From: Vitrella brassicaformis CCMP3155
Taxonomy: Eukaryota; Protista; Chromerida
NCBI GenBank assembly: GCA_001179505.1
Contig: CDMY01000287.1
Span: 1-64,000 of the forward strand
Length of the DNA stretch: 64,000 nt
Direction of reading: 5' to 3'
The notes beneath the pieces were generated by a model, which saw nothing but the letters and a program-made list of their open reading frames with translations, was not told the origin of the DNA and searched no databases. The translations under genes and the position numbers were made by a program. Each line of letters opens with the position of its first letter. Positions within the stretch are counted from its first letter, which is position 1. This document shows, piece by piece, positions 1-10,497 of this stretch.

Positions 1-1500
1 CGCACCACCTAGGGCCTTGCGTGAAACCGCTGCTTCCGGTGAAAGGGCTCCCCGCAGTTCCGCAAGCTTTCCAAGAGGCAGATCTGGTGAGAAGCTGTCT
101 TCCCTGAGCAGTCCGCGCCACTCAGTCGATACTATACCGCCTTTCACCTCAACAGCACCCATGCCACGCGTCACTCACCTCCAGGCTTCTGTACAGCATC
201 GAAGGCAGCCTGAGGCTGTCCACTCGAGGGGCTTGGGGTTCCACTCAACTCGTGGAGAGTCGTCAGGCACCCGCTTCCACTCAACATGTGTCCCCTTCTG
301 GGCCGCAAAACAGACTAGCAGCGGAGCACAGCTCGAGTCGGAATACAGGTCAGTCGCACGACCTGGATGCCGCTCTTGCCATGCCTGTGACGCCTGACTG
401 TAGCTACCCCACCGCCATGCATGCTTGCTAAAGGCAAAAGGGGTGGGGAGGGAGAGGTGGAGTAGCTCAGCAGGCTGCCAAGGCTCGTGCACAGGGAGGG
501 GGTCAAAGCCAGGGGGCGCATGCACAGAGGGGGGCACACGACGCAACCGACATACAACGCGGTCAACTAGCGATGATTCTAGCCCTTTTCTGTGCATGTT
601 GGCATCCAAGTGAGTGGAGAGAGAGCCACTGTCCATGCGTCGGCGCCGCCAGGAGCCAGGCCTGCCTCTCTGCACACCACCACCCACCAAGGCAACGCGA
701 AAACCCCTCGCAGCAAAGTGTGGGTATGGATTGTCATACACATTGCCTTTCGGCTGATATGCATGTAAAATGGAACGCTCAATCTCACGCACAACATGCA
801 GCTGCTGGTGGGGAAAGAGGGGGAGGAAGTGAAGTGAGTTGGCGTTGTGCCGCCGCCACACACGATACCTCCTCTCTAGCCTCACTGGCTGACGCACAGC
901 AGAGCCACGCACACGCACATCGGTCGGAAAAGGATGATGCATTTTGTGCATGTGCTCCATGTGCCTCCCATGCAGGTGCGCCGTGGAGCCAACGTAGTAG
1001 ATAGTTGAGTCAGGCGAGAAGAGAACATACAGCCATGCCAGTGAGTCGTCAGCCAATCGTTCAGACATCCAATCCATCCATTCCTTCACACCACTCCACT
1101 CACTGACAGGCCCTTCCTGACCACCACAAAGCAACGCAGCTTGTACAGACGGCGGCAGGAAGCGAGAAATAATGCGGACAGTATGGCTCGACTCATGCGC
1201 TGCAACACACGACAGAGATGCAAACAGCCAGTCACGCAACGTCCCCACGTCACTCTCATCACGACGCGCACTCGTACATGATCTCTCTTTGCATCTCTCT
1301 GCAGCCCTCTCTAGCAGCTCACGCGCACTCACCATCGTCGCCACGACCGTCACCATTAGCAGTATAGATCGCCACATCATTCATTTCTCTCAGATCTCTC
1401 GCCTCTCGTCTCTTCTCTGTCTCGTCTTGCCTCTTCTTCGCCACGATAACTCCGACCCCGACACTGAAGCGGTATTGGTGGAGTGCAGCTTCTGATGAGG
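1..1500 (-). mobile_element. Possible Penelope-like retroelement with N-terminal GIY-YIG (Chlamys/Naiad-type domain order), truncated by the window edge
   Basis: Long, essentially intron-free GIY-YIG ORF in an otherwise intron-dense genome. RT domain and termini are not visible, so the element class is an inference. Confidence 0.4.
175..1380 (-). CDS. GIY-YIG endonuclease domain protein (probably the N-terminal part of a longer ORF running off the left edge)
   Basis: Translation contains WLYVLFSPDSTIYYVGSTAHLHGRHMEH (GIY...YIG-T...R...H pattern) and VVREIERSILHAYQPKGN (conserved Glu and Asn). The same frame stays open for 58 codons past the TGA at 175-177, to position 1. Confidence 0.8.
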   Translation of the reverse strand: MMWRSILLMVTVVATMVSARELLERAAERCKERSCTSARRDESDVGTLRDWLFASLSCVAAHESSHTVRIISRFLPPSVQAALLCGGQEGPVSEWSGVKEWMDWMSERLADDSLAWLYVLFSPDSTIYYVGSTAHLHGRHMEHMHKMHHPFPTDVRVRGSAVRQPVRLERRYRVWRRHNANSLHFLPLFPHQQLHVVREIERSILHAYQPKGNVYDNPYPHFAARGFRVALVGGGVQRGRPGSWRRRRMDSGSLSTHLDANMHRKGLESSLVDRVVCRLRRVPPSVHAPPGFDPLPVHEPWQPAELLHLSLPTPFAFSKHAWRWGSYSQASQAWQERHPGRATDLYSDSSCAPLLVCFAAQKGTHVEWKRVPDDSPRVEWNPKPLEWTASGCLRCCTEAWR

Positions 1501-1818
1501 CTGTAGTTGGTTGTCTTGTGCTCTGCTTAGACCATTCGATGGCGATGGTCTAGATTAACACAGGTTGACTCAAGCGTGGGGACTCGAGAGCGACTAAATG
1601 AATAAACGTCAGTCGTGAAAAGTCCTCCACGCAGTGCCGGTCATGCAGCGAGCTCAACCAATGGGCGCTGTGAGCGTTGACAAGGCAGGGAACTGCCGCT
1701 GCCAAACTCGCAGACGACCGGCAAAAGCAAATACCACGTCTGAGGACATCGCATGCACAGCCAGGCAGCCACACAGACAGTGTGGTGTGTGTGGTCGGTG
1801 TGTCTGTCTGCCTGTCTT

Positions 1819-1832
<14 letters not shown>

Positions 1833-1849
<17 letters not shown>

Positions 1850-3347
1850 TGATGCGCACCAGAGAGTGATGGCAAAAGTGCACCCGAACGAAAAGCGAGA
1901 CGACAGAGGGTGCGAAAACCAACCTGCCACCGACACACACAACACCACCAACACGATGGACACTCACAAGCCAGCCATCCAGTCAGTGTGTGCGCTTGCC
2001 AACCAGATAGTATTGTACAGCGCACCCAAACGGAACAGCGAGGCGACAGAAGAGTGCGAAAAACAACCTGCCATACCACACCACAACAGCACAACGACGA
2101 CGCATGGACCCATACACGAACACACCCACATATGCGTCCATTTCCGTGCCCTCGTTCCCTTTCCGTGTCCGCACGCATGCATACCAGGAAGGCAGATGGG
2201 CGATTCAGGTGTGAGGGAGACGATAGCCAGGCCCTTGGCAGTGTTGTACAGCGGCACTGGGCCGAAATTCAGGTGTGAGGGAGACGATAGCCAGGCCCTT
2301 GGCAGTGTTGTACAGCGGCACTGGGCCGAAAAAGCAAACTGAGAAGGCAAGGCGCGATCCACGAGACGCAAGATCACAAGCACGCAGCCAAAACGTCAGG
2401 CCCGGTTGTATTATGGCCAGTCGTGCTCTGTGGATCGCTGCTCAGCTTGCGGGTGTCGATTCGTGGCNNNNNNNNNNNNNNNNNNNNNNNNNNNNNNNNN
2501 NNNNNNNNNNNNNNNNNNNNNNNNNNNNNNNNNNNNNNNNNNNNNNNNNNNNNNNNNNNNNNNNNNNNNNNNNNNNNNNNNNNNNNNNNNNNNNNNNNNN
2601 NNNNNNNNNNNNNNNNNNNNNNNNNNNNNNNNNNNNNNNNNNNNNNNNNNNNNNNNNNNNNNNNNNNNNNNNNNNNNNNNNNNNNNNNNNNNNNNNNNNN
2701 NNNNNNNNNNNNNNNNNNNNNNNNNNNNNNNNNNNNNNNNNNNNNNNNNNNNNNNNNNNNNNNNNNNGTCTGTCTGTCTGTCTTGATGCGCACCAGAGAG
2801 TGATGGCAAAAGTGCACCCGAACGAAAAGCGAGACGACAGAGGGTGCGAAAACCAACCTGCCACCGACACACACAACACCACCAACACGATGGACACTCA
2901 CAAGCCAGCCATCCAGTCAGTGTGTGCGCTTGCCAACCAGATAGTATTGTACAGCGCACCCAAACGGAACAGCGAGGCGACAGAAGAGTGCGAAAAACAA
3001 CCTGCCATACCACACCACAACAGCACAACGACGACGCATGGACCCATACACGAACACACCCACATATGCGTCCATTTCCGTGCCCTCGTTCCCTTTCCGT
3101 GTCCGCACGCATGCATACCAGGAAGGCAGATGGGCGATTCAGGTGTGAGGGAGACGATAGCCAGGCCCTTGGCAGTGTTGTACAGCGGCACTGGGCCGAA
3201 ATTCAGGTGTGAGGGAGACGATAGCCAGGCCCTTGGCAGTGTTGTACAGCGGCACTGGGCCGAAAAAGCAAACTGAGAAGGCAAGGCGCGATCCACGAGA
3301 CGCAAGATCACAAGCACGCAGCCAAAACGTCAGGCCCGATTGTATTT
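1833..3347. repeat. Tandem duplication, offset 934 bp (about 1833-2413 vs 2768-3347), spanning an N-gap
   Basis: Near-identical sequence on both sides of the 2468-2767 gap. The copies differ at caggcccggttg vs caggcccgattg and diverge after ttgtatt. Confidence 0.9.
2203..2330. repeat. 64-bp tandem repeat x2 (also at 3137-3264)
   Basis: attcaggtgtgagggagacgatagccaggcccttggcagtgttgtacagcggcactgggccgaa occurs twice head-to-tail in each 934-bp unit. Confidence 0.95.
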
Positions 3348-3416
3348 ACGGATTGTCTTTGCCGAGCTGCTAAGTCTGACGCCACATCAGTGAGAGCAAC
3401 ATTCGAGTTCTCAAGG

Positions 3417-6400
3417 ATGCCATCGCCAGACGAGTCATCAGACATCATCTGCTTCACCGACACCCTGCGGCGCTTGACGATGCCGAAGGAGGAGTACTGC
3501 AGCCACGACCACCTGCACGCCTTCAGATGCGAGATATGCTACGATTATGCGGTACACACAGAGAGGAAAACTTGTAACCAAATCTCACCCCACATCAATT
3601 CCTCTCTCTTCTGTTGATGTGCGTCGATTTCTGCCCACAGATTGGTCGTGTGCTGGTTGGGTGTCGCCACGTCATGTGTTGGTTGTGTGCGCTGCGGCTG
3701 CGGGTGAAGCAGGGCCAGACGGTGTGCCCCGTGTGTCGCGAGGACCAGCCGACGGCCATCGGTGTGGACGTCAATGACCACCGCACATTCGATGAGCTAA
3801 AGGTGAGTGAGAGTGTTGATGTGTGTATTCTCACATGTGTGTTGTCTTGTCTGCCTGCCTGCCTGCCTGCCTGCCTGCAGGGGCGCCTACGTGGCATCCG
3901 TCCTGTTGGTGGGGTGCGCGGCATCTACTTCCTTTCCCCCTCCCTTCAGTCGCTTGCAGAAGACCTGCTTAGCTACAAGTGCTGGTACCCGCAGTGTCTA
4001 GCCAAGAACAAAGTCTTCGAATCGATGCAGGTGGGTGCGACAGCACACACACACATATGAACGAAAAACAAACGGGGTCACAGAAGCGTTTGTGTGGTGA
4101 GTGGGTGCTCAGGGTTTGTCGCGCCACCTGTCGGATGTGCACCAGCGGTCGCCGTGCCTCGTGTGTGTGCAGGGGCAGCCCTCTTTGTTCCTCATCGAGC
4201 AGCCCCTCTACACCAAGAAGGCCCTCGACGAGCACATGAGCCGATACGAGGAGGGCGAGGCCAGAGGCACAGACGGCCGCCCACCCATCCCCCCTCACCC
4301 CACTTGTCGCTTCTGTCGCGAGGCATTCTACTCGGCTGAGGAGCTGCAGCAGCACATGCGCGAGAACCACGAGCACTGCCCCTTCTGCCCCTCCCAGCCC
4401 ACTCAGTGGTTTCGCGACTACGCGAGCCTCTTCCGCCATTTCGAGACGGCCCACTACGTGTGTCGTGACCCAGTGTGTCTGGAGAGCCGTCACGTGGCCT
4501 TCAGGACACAGGCGGAGCTGCAAATACACCGTGCTGAGGTGCATGGGGACGGCAGGAAGAAGAAGATCCGGCTGGATGTGCCCCTCAACTACGTCAGCTA
4601 TCGGGACGAGGTGCAGATGGGCGCTCGGTCGGGTTATTTGGGCGATCTGGGTCAGCAGAGAGGTGGCAGGGGAGGGGGAGGGAGGGGCAGAGGCGGCCGT
4701 GGGCGGAGAGAAAGGGCCCAGCCGGACATGATCTCCATGTCACCAGGTAGAAAAAAAGGAGAAGAGTCTCACACACATCCTCTCATCGCAGACCGACATC
4801 GCTTGTGTTTGTCTGTTGTCTCTCTTTCAGACGGCCCTCTCTCCCCAGCGAACGACCGTCCGTCCTCTTCCTCGGCTGCCCCACCGGCACCAGCACAGCC
4901 ACCGAGTGCGCCGTCACAGCCCTCCGTGCTCCCCCCTCATCTCACCCCCTCAGTCACCCCTCCATCCCAGCAAGAGGTTTCTCTCAAGGAGGTCGTTGAG
5001 CGTCTTGACGGCAAGCTGGACCTGCCAGAGGTGCTGCCCAAGGATGACTACAACGAGGCCAATCGGCGGTTCCGAGAGGAGATGCAAGCATTCCTCGGCC
5101 AAGCGGCCTTCCAGACGTTTCTGGGGCACGCCAAGGCCTTCCAGCGGTCATTGCCCGACGACCACCAGGCGGCCGACACGTTCGTGCGGCAGGCAACAGA
5201 GCTGTTTCTCGTGGATGTGTCCAAGGGTGTGGATCTGCTGACGTCGCTTGTGACGCTATTGCCGAACAGAGGCAAGAGGGAGCGGCTGGCGGCCAGCCTG
5301 AAGAGCCTGCTAGACGAGCAGACCAGGGCGAGGACGGAGGAGGCCAGGAACGGCGTGGGACCAGCGCCACCGTCAGAGAGCGATGGATCACCTACCGACA
5401 GGCCGAGGGACGACAGAAGGTGAGAAACTGCCACACCGCGTCGACAGATCCGATCACCACTGTGTTGTGTGCCGTGTTCCTTCAGCGATTCGCGCCCGTC
5501 TCCCTCACCAGCAGCAGCAGCAGCAGACGACGACGACGACCACATGGCCACCCGGGAGCGGCGCGAGCGAGCCCGCCGTGAGTGTGGGGAGATAGCCGCC
5601 CTCATCAAGTCGGCTGACCAGGAGGCCTACACGTTCCCATCGGCCCTCAGGATAGTGGTCATGTGGCTGGCCGACAGGCAGAGGAGCACATACCGGGAAA
5701 ACCACTCCCTCTACTACGACACCGATGCGGACACACAGCAACAGCAGCAGCAGGAGGGCGGCGATGGCGATGGTGGTGGTGGAGAGGGCAGGGCGTGGCC
5801 AGGGCTGCCAGAGAGGCGACGCCAGCAGAAGAAGAAAAAGGGTGCAGCCGCGGCTGCTGCTGCTGCATCTGTGAGGGCTGCGCCGAGCCGGGATGCGCCA
5901 AGGCCGAGCGATGAGGTGGTGGCCACCGTCAGGAGCAAGGCTCAACAGGGCAGAAAGGTCAGAAAATGGAGACAAAACGTACTAGGCGGAGGGTGGATGA
6001 GGTCCTTGTATGTGTTGCGTTGTTCGTCAATCAGGCTGACTGTGCGTCCCTCACGCGACTGTCTGGCGATTTGGCCGGGCTCCTGCCCACACAGGCGCTC
6101 GAGCGATGCGAGAGCCTCGCGTAAGCATTAACAGGCCAACACACCAACAGAAACACTCACACGTACGTATATGAATCGAGACTGTGCTCTTTCGATCTCT
6201 GTGTGTGCAGGGCTCAGTTTTTCATGAGTCGGCAGAAAGAGAAGGACAGCACCGGCAGCGGCCCATCGACGGCACACACAGGGGACCCTCTCACAGACTG
6301 GGTGGAGCGGTGTGTGAGCGTCCTGACCGACATGCGCTTCCTGGGAGACGACCCTCTCGCCGACTCTGACGCGCTGCCACCATTCCGCTCGCTAGCCCGG

Positions 6401-6796
6401 CTGTGTGTGGGTCTTGATGTGCTGTTCGAGTACCTGACTGCCGCCCACCAGCAGTACCTCGCCACCACTGACAGCGCCGCCTTCCCCGAGCTGCCCTCTG
6501 GCCAGAGCGCCCCTCCGTCCTCATCCCTCTGGTCACAGTCCAACCGACCTCGCAACGCACCAGCAGCGGGATCGCGAGCTGAGTTCCCCTCCCTGCCTGT
6601 GACGCAGAGCAGCACGCAGAGGGGCGAGCATGCGGCTGCTGATGGCGACGTTGGCGGGGAGGATGGGGGAGGGCGGCAGGGGAGTGTGATGGAGAGCTGT
6701 GGGTTGGGTGGCCTTGGGTTGGCCGGTCGTGTGATGGACGCCAAGCAGGGCAAGAAGGGCAAGGGGGGCAAAAAGATGGTCATCAAGTGGGGGTAG
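3417..6796 (+). CDS. ZNF598: ZNF598/Hel2-like E3 ubiquitin ligase (ribosome quality control), multi-exon
   Basis: N-terminal RING (CEIC...GCRHVMCWLC...CPVCR), then C2H2-type fingers (HPTCRFCREAFYSAEELQQHMRENHEHCPFC; RHFETAHYVCRDPVCLESRHVAFRTQAELQIHRAEVH), low-complexity C-terminus with FPxL motifs. GT-AG introns give a continuous frame to TAG at 6794-6796. Confidence 0.9.
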
Positions 6797-6949
6797 ACAG
6801 ACGGACGGACGGACGGACGGACGGACGGATCGACTCGCTGACATGTGTGGGTGTGTCTGCATCGTGTGCATCGTCTGCATCGTGTGCATCGTGGTGTGAT
6901 GTAATGGATCCCATCGATTTTGACCATTCATGCAGGTGAGGTGTACTGT

Positions 6950-9900
6950 ACAGTCTGTCGTTGAATCGAACGAACAAGGGAACACGAATTGAAAGTCACA
7001 CCAGCCCAGAAATATCTTCACATGCAAGTGCAAAACACCAGCTGCAAACTGTCGACGGATATAAAATGTAGACAGCGTCCTGGTGCTCTTGGCGGCGTTT
7101 CTTGACGGCGCACATCCGTCCATCCATGATGGCGTGTATGGCCAAAAGCAAAAACCACTGACTGATATACGACAATTGTGACCGTGAACCCTTCGGCTCT
7201 CTTGCTTGGCTAAGTCGGCTTTCGTGCGCTTGCCTCTCTGGCGCACCTCGTCCTCCGGCCCTGCAGCCCGGTTGCACACAGAGGTCTGGGCAGACCTGTC
7301 GCTACCTGCCGCCTGCCTGCCCCCATCCTCCTCCTCAGCCCCCTGCTGTCGGCCAGCTGCACACACAGACACGGAACGTCGCTGGATGGATGGATGGACG
7401 AGTGTGTTTATCTTCGTACGTACCGTCGAGTGACATTTCGACAGCAGGGCCGCAGCAGCAGCACCTGCGGCCTCGTCGCCGGTATCCTGACCCGACCGTG
7501 CTCTCGTCGCCACCACTGGCAGACACAGACGAGTCATATGACGGTGTGCCAACCTCCCCCCCACCTGCTCGCTGTCGTCCCACACACATATGATCTCTTT
7601 CTTCTCAGCCTCACGCTCTCGCTTGCGCCCTCCATCAGCTGCACACAGAAGCAAACAAGAACAAACAAGGCATCGTCCGACCGGACGTCGTGGGACGAGA
7701 CATGAGCCGCAAGGCCGAAAGGATAAGAGACCGCTGAAACCTTCAGGTCATCTTTGCCGATATAGGCCTGTTGCTGGCCGGCACTGCGAGTGACGCTCGG
7801 CACATTCTCTGGGTCACGGTCAGTTGGTTTGATGAGTCTACCGACTGAAATGAGATGGCTGGGTGTCAAGGTGACCTTTTCAGACACCTGAACCGCCAGA
7901 AAACACGAATAGACAGCACATACACTCATATAATGTAGCCGGCAATTTCCTCGACCTCTTCATCATCCTCAGCCGCTCTGAAGAGTACAGACGCCACACA
8001 CAGAGTGCATACAGCACAGAGCCCCACGTGTTCCTCATCTCATTCGTGTATTACCGGCGCTCGAGCAGAAACACTCACTTGCACATGAGTCCCGGAGACA
8101 GGAGACCGCCAGATATAAAATGTAGCCAGCGAGCGATATCTGCATACGCACACAAACAGTCATGAATGCACCATAAATGCAAATCACTTGAGTGCGACCT
8201 GGCGATTGCTTCTGCCAGTACTTGCGTCGCGTGCCATCACGTCTGAGACATATTCCGAAGCCGACTTACGGCCAAACCAGCAGCGCACAACACAACACAA
8301 ACACGTCGATCACGATCACGATCATTTCCCGAGACACACACACACATGCACACAGACAGACAGACAAGGAGAGAGGGACTCACTGATCTTTTGCTGACAC
8401 GAGGACTGACGAAGGGTGGTCTTGTGAATCGCACCTACCAGCTGCAGTCAACAACCACGAAGATGTCACACCTTTGAATCAAAAGCTGACGGACATAAGC
8501 TACATAAACACAGAGACGGCAATCAATCTTGCCTTGGCCCGCCCACCTTCTTGAGCTCTGCAATTAGCCCGTCGTCCGTCAGACCCTCGGCCCCCTGGGG
8601 CTCGCCTACGCCCACAGGCGGTGGGGGCCGAGATCGACGATGTCCCACTCCGCCTGGCTTCAGCTCAGCTAATGCCCTCGTCCAGGCTTGGCAGTGGCAC
8701 CGATGTGGGATTGCAGAGGTATTGCGGGGAAAGGACAACTGCGGACACGCAGTGCAGACACTCAGACCCAGCGGATACGCAAAAGCTTTCTTTGACCGAT
8801 GAAAGTCACCTTCAATTCTTTGGCGCTTCGGAGGGGGATAGATGAGCGAGGGTTTAGCCTGTGGTGTGACACAGACAGGAACATACAGACAGGAAAAGAC
8901 CATTCATGAGCCAGAGGATTCCTGTCTGGCTGATCAATATACCTCGTCAGCGAGTTTCTCTTGTGATTTTCTCTCCTCGTCGGAGGCCATCCTCTCTCTG
9001 CAAGTCGTCCACACGCGCACTACACCGTCCTCGCAGCACGACACCACATCCCCATTCGGCAGCTCACACAACTGACACAAACATGAAAAATGCGTCGACT
9101 CATGTGCGATCTCTGCTGTGAAAACCGCACTGCCTCACCTTCCATAAGCACACCTACACACAACACTGTCTTGAAAGGCAACACGCGTGTATGCAGTTGT
9201 CGATGCCCGTCCGCCAAAACGGGTCCGCCGATGGATGAGCCCGCCAGCCATCCAGTCATACACGTGCACCACACTCTCCCCACTCAGTCTGCCTGCCGTT
9301 CTGCCTGCCTGCCTGCCCACGACGCCTTTCGGAAGGGGGGCCCTAGCAAGCGGGCTCATTGCAGCAGCGCCAACGCCCAGAAACGGTGTACGGTGTTCCA
9401 AGTGGACGTCCTCCAAGTCTGCTTCTCGGGCGCTGTTGGCGGCAAACAGTGCGAGGAAAGCACCGGCCACAATCCAAAGGCTGCAATGATATACCTGCCG
9501 ATATAAACACACGGGGTCCTCAACGATTCTCGTCTTGAGTCTACCCAAGTGTCCTTACTTGAGTTGTCCTCGCTGCTTCAATCTTCTGGTCCTCTCTGCC
9601 GATGATTTCTCTCGTAGGGTTTAAAGAAATCGGGCCATCCGGGGGTGTATGCGATGCCGAATAGGACAGCCGCTTGGACGAAGGAGGCGATGAACTGCAA
9701 CATGCAGCATCAATGCAGCTTTCATCCGAAGCGTGTATATTCGTGTGCAGCTTACATGAACTCAATCGATCAGCAGGGTGGTGAATCGGGCATCCTCTCT
9801 CTCTCTCTTTCCACCTGCTGTCGACGCGTCAGCGTATCCGAAAAATGGGAAGAGTGCGTCGAATCCGCCCCGCCAAAGTTGATTCTCGATGTCTTTGACG

Positions 9901-10350
9901 AATGGGTGCAGTTGTCGCGCTCTGATTTCCGCCTCCCTCATCAGATATGTCCTTCCCTTTGGCTCATGTAGGAGGCGGGCGCCGTTGTAGGACCAGTGTG
10001 TAGGAAGGATGCAGGCTTTCGACTGCCTTTGCGAAAGAGCTCGTCACATGCCGACCACTTGGCTGTCGGATAGTGACCCAAACTGCAACCGACACAATCA
10101 GATGCGAGCATCGAGTAGCCAGCTGCGTCACTCTCCCGCCCCGCTTACGAAAAAGATTCTTGGACTGCCGCGTCAGCAGCCGCATCCGTCGAATGCTGAG
10201 GCTCCTGATGAGTGAGCATGTCAGCAGGTGGTGCAGAGGGGGCGGCCGCTGTATCGGCGTCTGCCTGTGTGTCGGGGACGTCGAATGGGCGGCGCGGTCG
10301 GGGGGCGCCTGTTGACCCACCCACACCCCACACAACGAACGATATCCACA
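6950..10350 (-). CDS. Hypothetical multi-exon gene(s); internally deleted paralog of the + strand locus at about 56.5-59.3 kb
   Basis: Minus-strand splice signals throughout. 9360-9800 (revcomp) aligns with 56770-57640 (e.g. KTRI(V/I)EDP(V/M)CLYRQVYHC; QKIEA(A/V)RTTQV). Start, stop and number of genes are uncertain. Confidence 0.45.
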
Positions 10351-10412
10351 CACATACAGAGGAGAGGCAGGATAAGGCTCGGATGGATGAAGGAAACGAA
10401 CCAAAACAAGGC

Positions 10413-10450
10413 TAGGGTTTCTGGGGCTGTCTCGGATTCGAATTCTCGCC
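10413..10450 (+). promoter_or_regulatory. 38-bp motif beginning with a telo-box (TAGGGTTT), upstream of the RING gene; second copy at 24444-24481
   Basis: TAGGGTTTCTGGGGCTGTCTCGGATTCGAATTCTCGCC vs TAGGGTTTCCAGGGTTGTCTCGGATTTCAATTCTCGCC (33/38 identical). Both lie about 50-80 bp before a + strand ATG. Regulatory role is inferred. Confidence 0.45.
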
Positions 10451-10497
10451 GGGCGATTCTCGCCATCTTTTCCTCTCGACGGTTTTAAGTTCTGACC

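Noticed and set aside
1490-1625. Hammerhead ribozyme (CTGATGAG at about 1492 ... GAAA at about 1617) upstream of the GIY-YIG ORF
   Set aside because: No stem II closing next to GAAA, spacing too long, and it is on the opposite strand to the ORF. Only a small hairpin (tagaccat...atggtcta, 1528-1552) is real.
2203-3264. CRISPR-like array from the 64-bp repeats
   Set aside because: Repeats are directly adjacent with no spacers, the genome is eukaryotic and no cas genes are present.
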